A DNA stretch of 63,737 bases, filler included, from Sphacelaria rigidula (lineage: Eukaryota): NCBI GenBank assembly GCA_964200075.2. It is 10 parts of 10 records of this genome, joined end to end, with 100 filler letters (N's around TTAATTAATTAA, not from the genome) between each part and the next. Parts side by side here need not be neighbours in the genome. Positions count along the whole stretch, not along the records: positions 57,455 to 63,737 come from CAXNAA020021027.1; 9 more parts are not named here. One strand, given 5' to 3'. A model generated the notes under the pieces. The model was not told the DNA's origin and did not search any database. It saw nothing but the letters and a program-made list of their open reading frames with translations. Below are positions 62,425 to 63,737 of this stretch, piece by piece. How positions within the stretch are numbered: the stretch's first letter is position 1; each line of letters begins with the position of its first letter. The position numbers and the translations under genes were made by a program.

Positions 62425-63737
62425 GGCTCTCAAACCTCGGGTGAACAACCGCTAGCGTCTCCTTGAGGTCTAGTGGTAGAACCGGACTGTATTAACCCCC
62501 TCGTGCGTATTCTCTGCTCTACCTTCAAGCCTATTGCTGAATGGCGTGTTGTGTTCCAGCGCCTTCGTCTGTGATATTTGTATGCAGCCCCATGGATACA
62601 CGTGCCGCTGTACAGATGCAGTCTCCTTATATTCACATGTGTGTGTTACGTGATATCCACATCGTGACGCCCACAACGCAGGCAACACGACATCCACACA
62701 GTACAACAACACGGCAGGCATGAACTACAACGCTGGTAACCCTGACCACACCTCACAGCATAGAAAAAGCCACCACGCCAACAACACGACTATGATCATG
62801 CAGAAGGTGGAGGCACAACTGGAGTGAGATTGATGACATGATTGGCCCGAAAGCAATGCTGTTCGGAAGAAGTGACGAAATGACCTTGTCATGCGGCACG
62901 AGTCGGGCTGCGTCGCGCGCTTCCCCCGCGGTTTTTTCGCATGCTACATGCAATTGAATGATGCAGAGACATGGCGCGAGCGATGCGTATATTGGTGAAA
63001 ACAAAAGAGTGCCAACAGACGTGTATGGCACGCGGACTATCCCACAGAAACAAGCGATGATGCTGTCTATCAAAATTGCAAGATAGTTAGTTTCGATTAT
63101 GCAGACGTAGATATGGTAGCACCGTACTACCGGGTATATCTGTTCACAGTTCTGTCCAAGGACTGTATGCGTATGCACCGCGATGCGTATCACGTGGATA
63201 GATGTGGCGTGGTGAGCACCCGTGCCGCTAATGACCGCGTGCCTCATCAGATGGTCCTCGGGAGTGGGTAAATTGCTTATCCATCGATGAGAAGGTACGG
63301 CTGTGGGTTTAACTACCGGACAACCGACAGCCGTTTGCGGCGGACTTTGAACCGATAGTCATTACGCGGAAAATGATTTCCCTGCCGCAAAAGAGGAGAT
63401 TACTCGCCCACTAACATGAAAATATGTCATTAATGTAACGCACACCACCGGCAGTTCCAATGCTGGCGATGAGTGAGTGGGGAGTGCCGCTCCCATCGCG
63501 TTTGAGATAACGCAACTCACGCACTAAGGCCTTATTGCTGCTATCGTGAATATTCTTGTTCTTGTCCATGTTACCGCTGGTACTATTAGTATTGGTGTGC
63601 TTGTATTATTGTTTTTGGTGCTGTTATTGTTATGTAGCTACTTACTCCTGTTGTTATCATCACGATGTTTATTTTTTACATTGTTACCATCGTCGGTGTT
63701 ATCGCTGCCTCTGTCATTGTTACAGCTATTTTCGCTA

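Overview
Repeat-rich eukaryotic DNA, not one continuous locus. It is ten contigs of 6283-6285 bp, sorted by length and joined by identical 100-bp linkers (44 N + TTAATTAATTAA + 44 N), so neighbours across gaps are not linked. The organism is probably a brown alga or other stramenopile; this is inferred from GT-AG exons, TTAGGG-type repeats and the transposon repertoire. The best-supported element is in contig 7 (38306-43842): a decayed tyrosine-recombinase (DIRS/PAT-like) retrotransposon. It has a CCHC gag end, an RT-RNase H-adenine-methyltransferase-like pol, a recombinase with an N-terminal zinc ribbon and an ALOG-type DNA-binding domain, split direct repeats, and apparent in-phase spliceosomal splice sites. 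The window also holds the 5' half of a Ty1/copia element (LTR, half-tRNA-type PBS, gag-PR-IN), relics of Sola/DUF7869-like and hAT transposases, a kinase relic, a PAM2 + Gln/Pro-repeat ORF and two exons of a probable host gene. Two tRNA-derived SINE families and many MITEs, several with readable TSDs, fill the rest. No rRNA, intact tRNA or CRISPR array was found. All domain calls are by eye from motifs, not from database searches.
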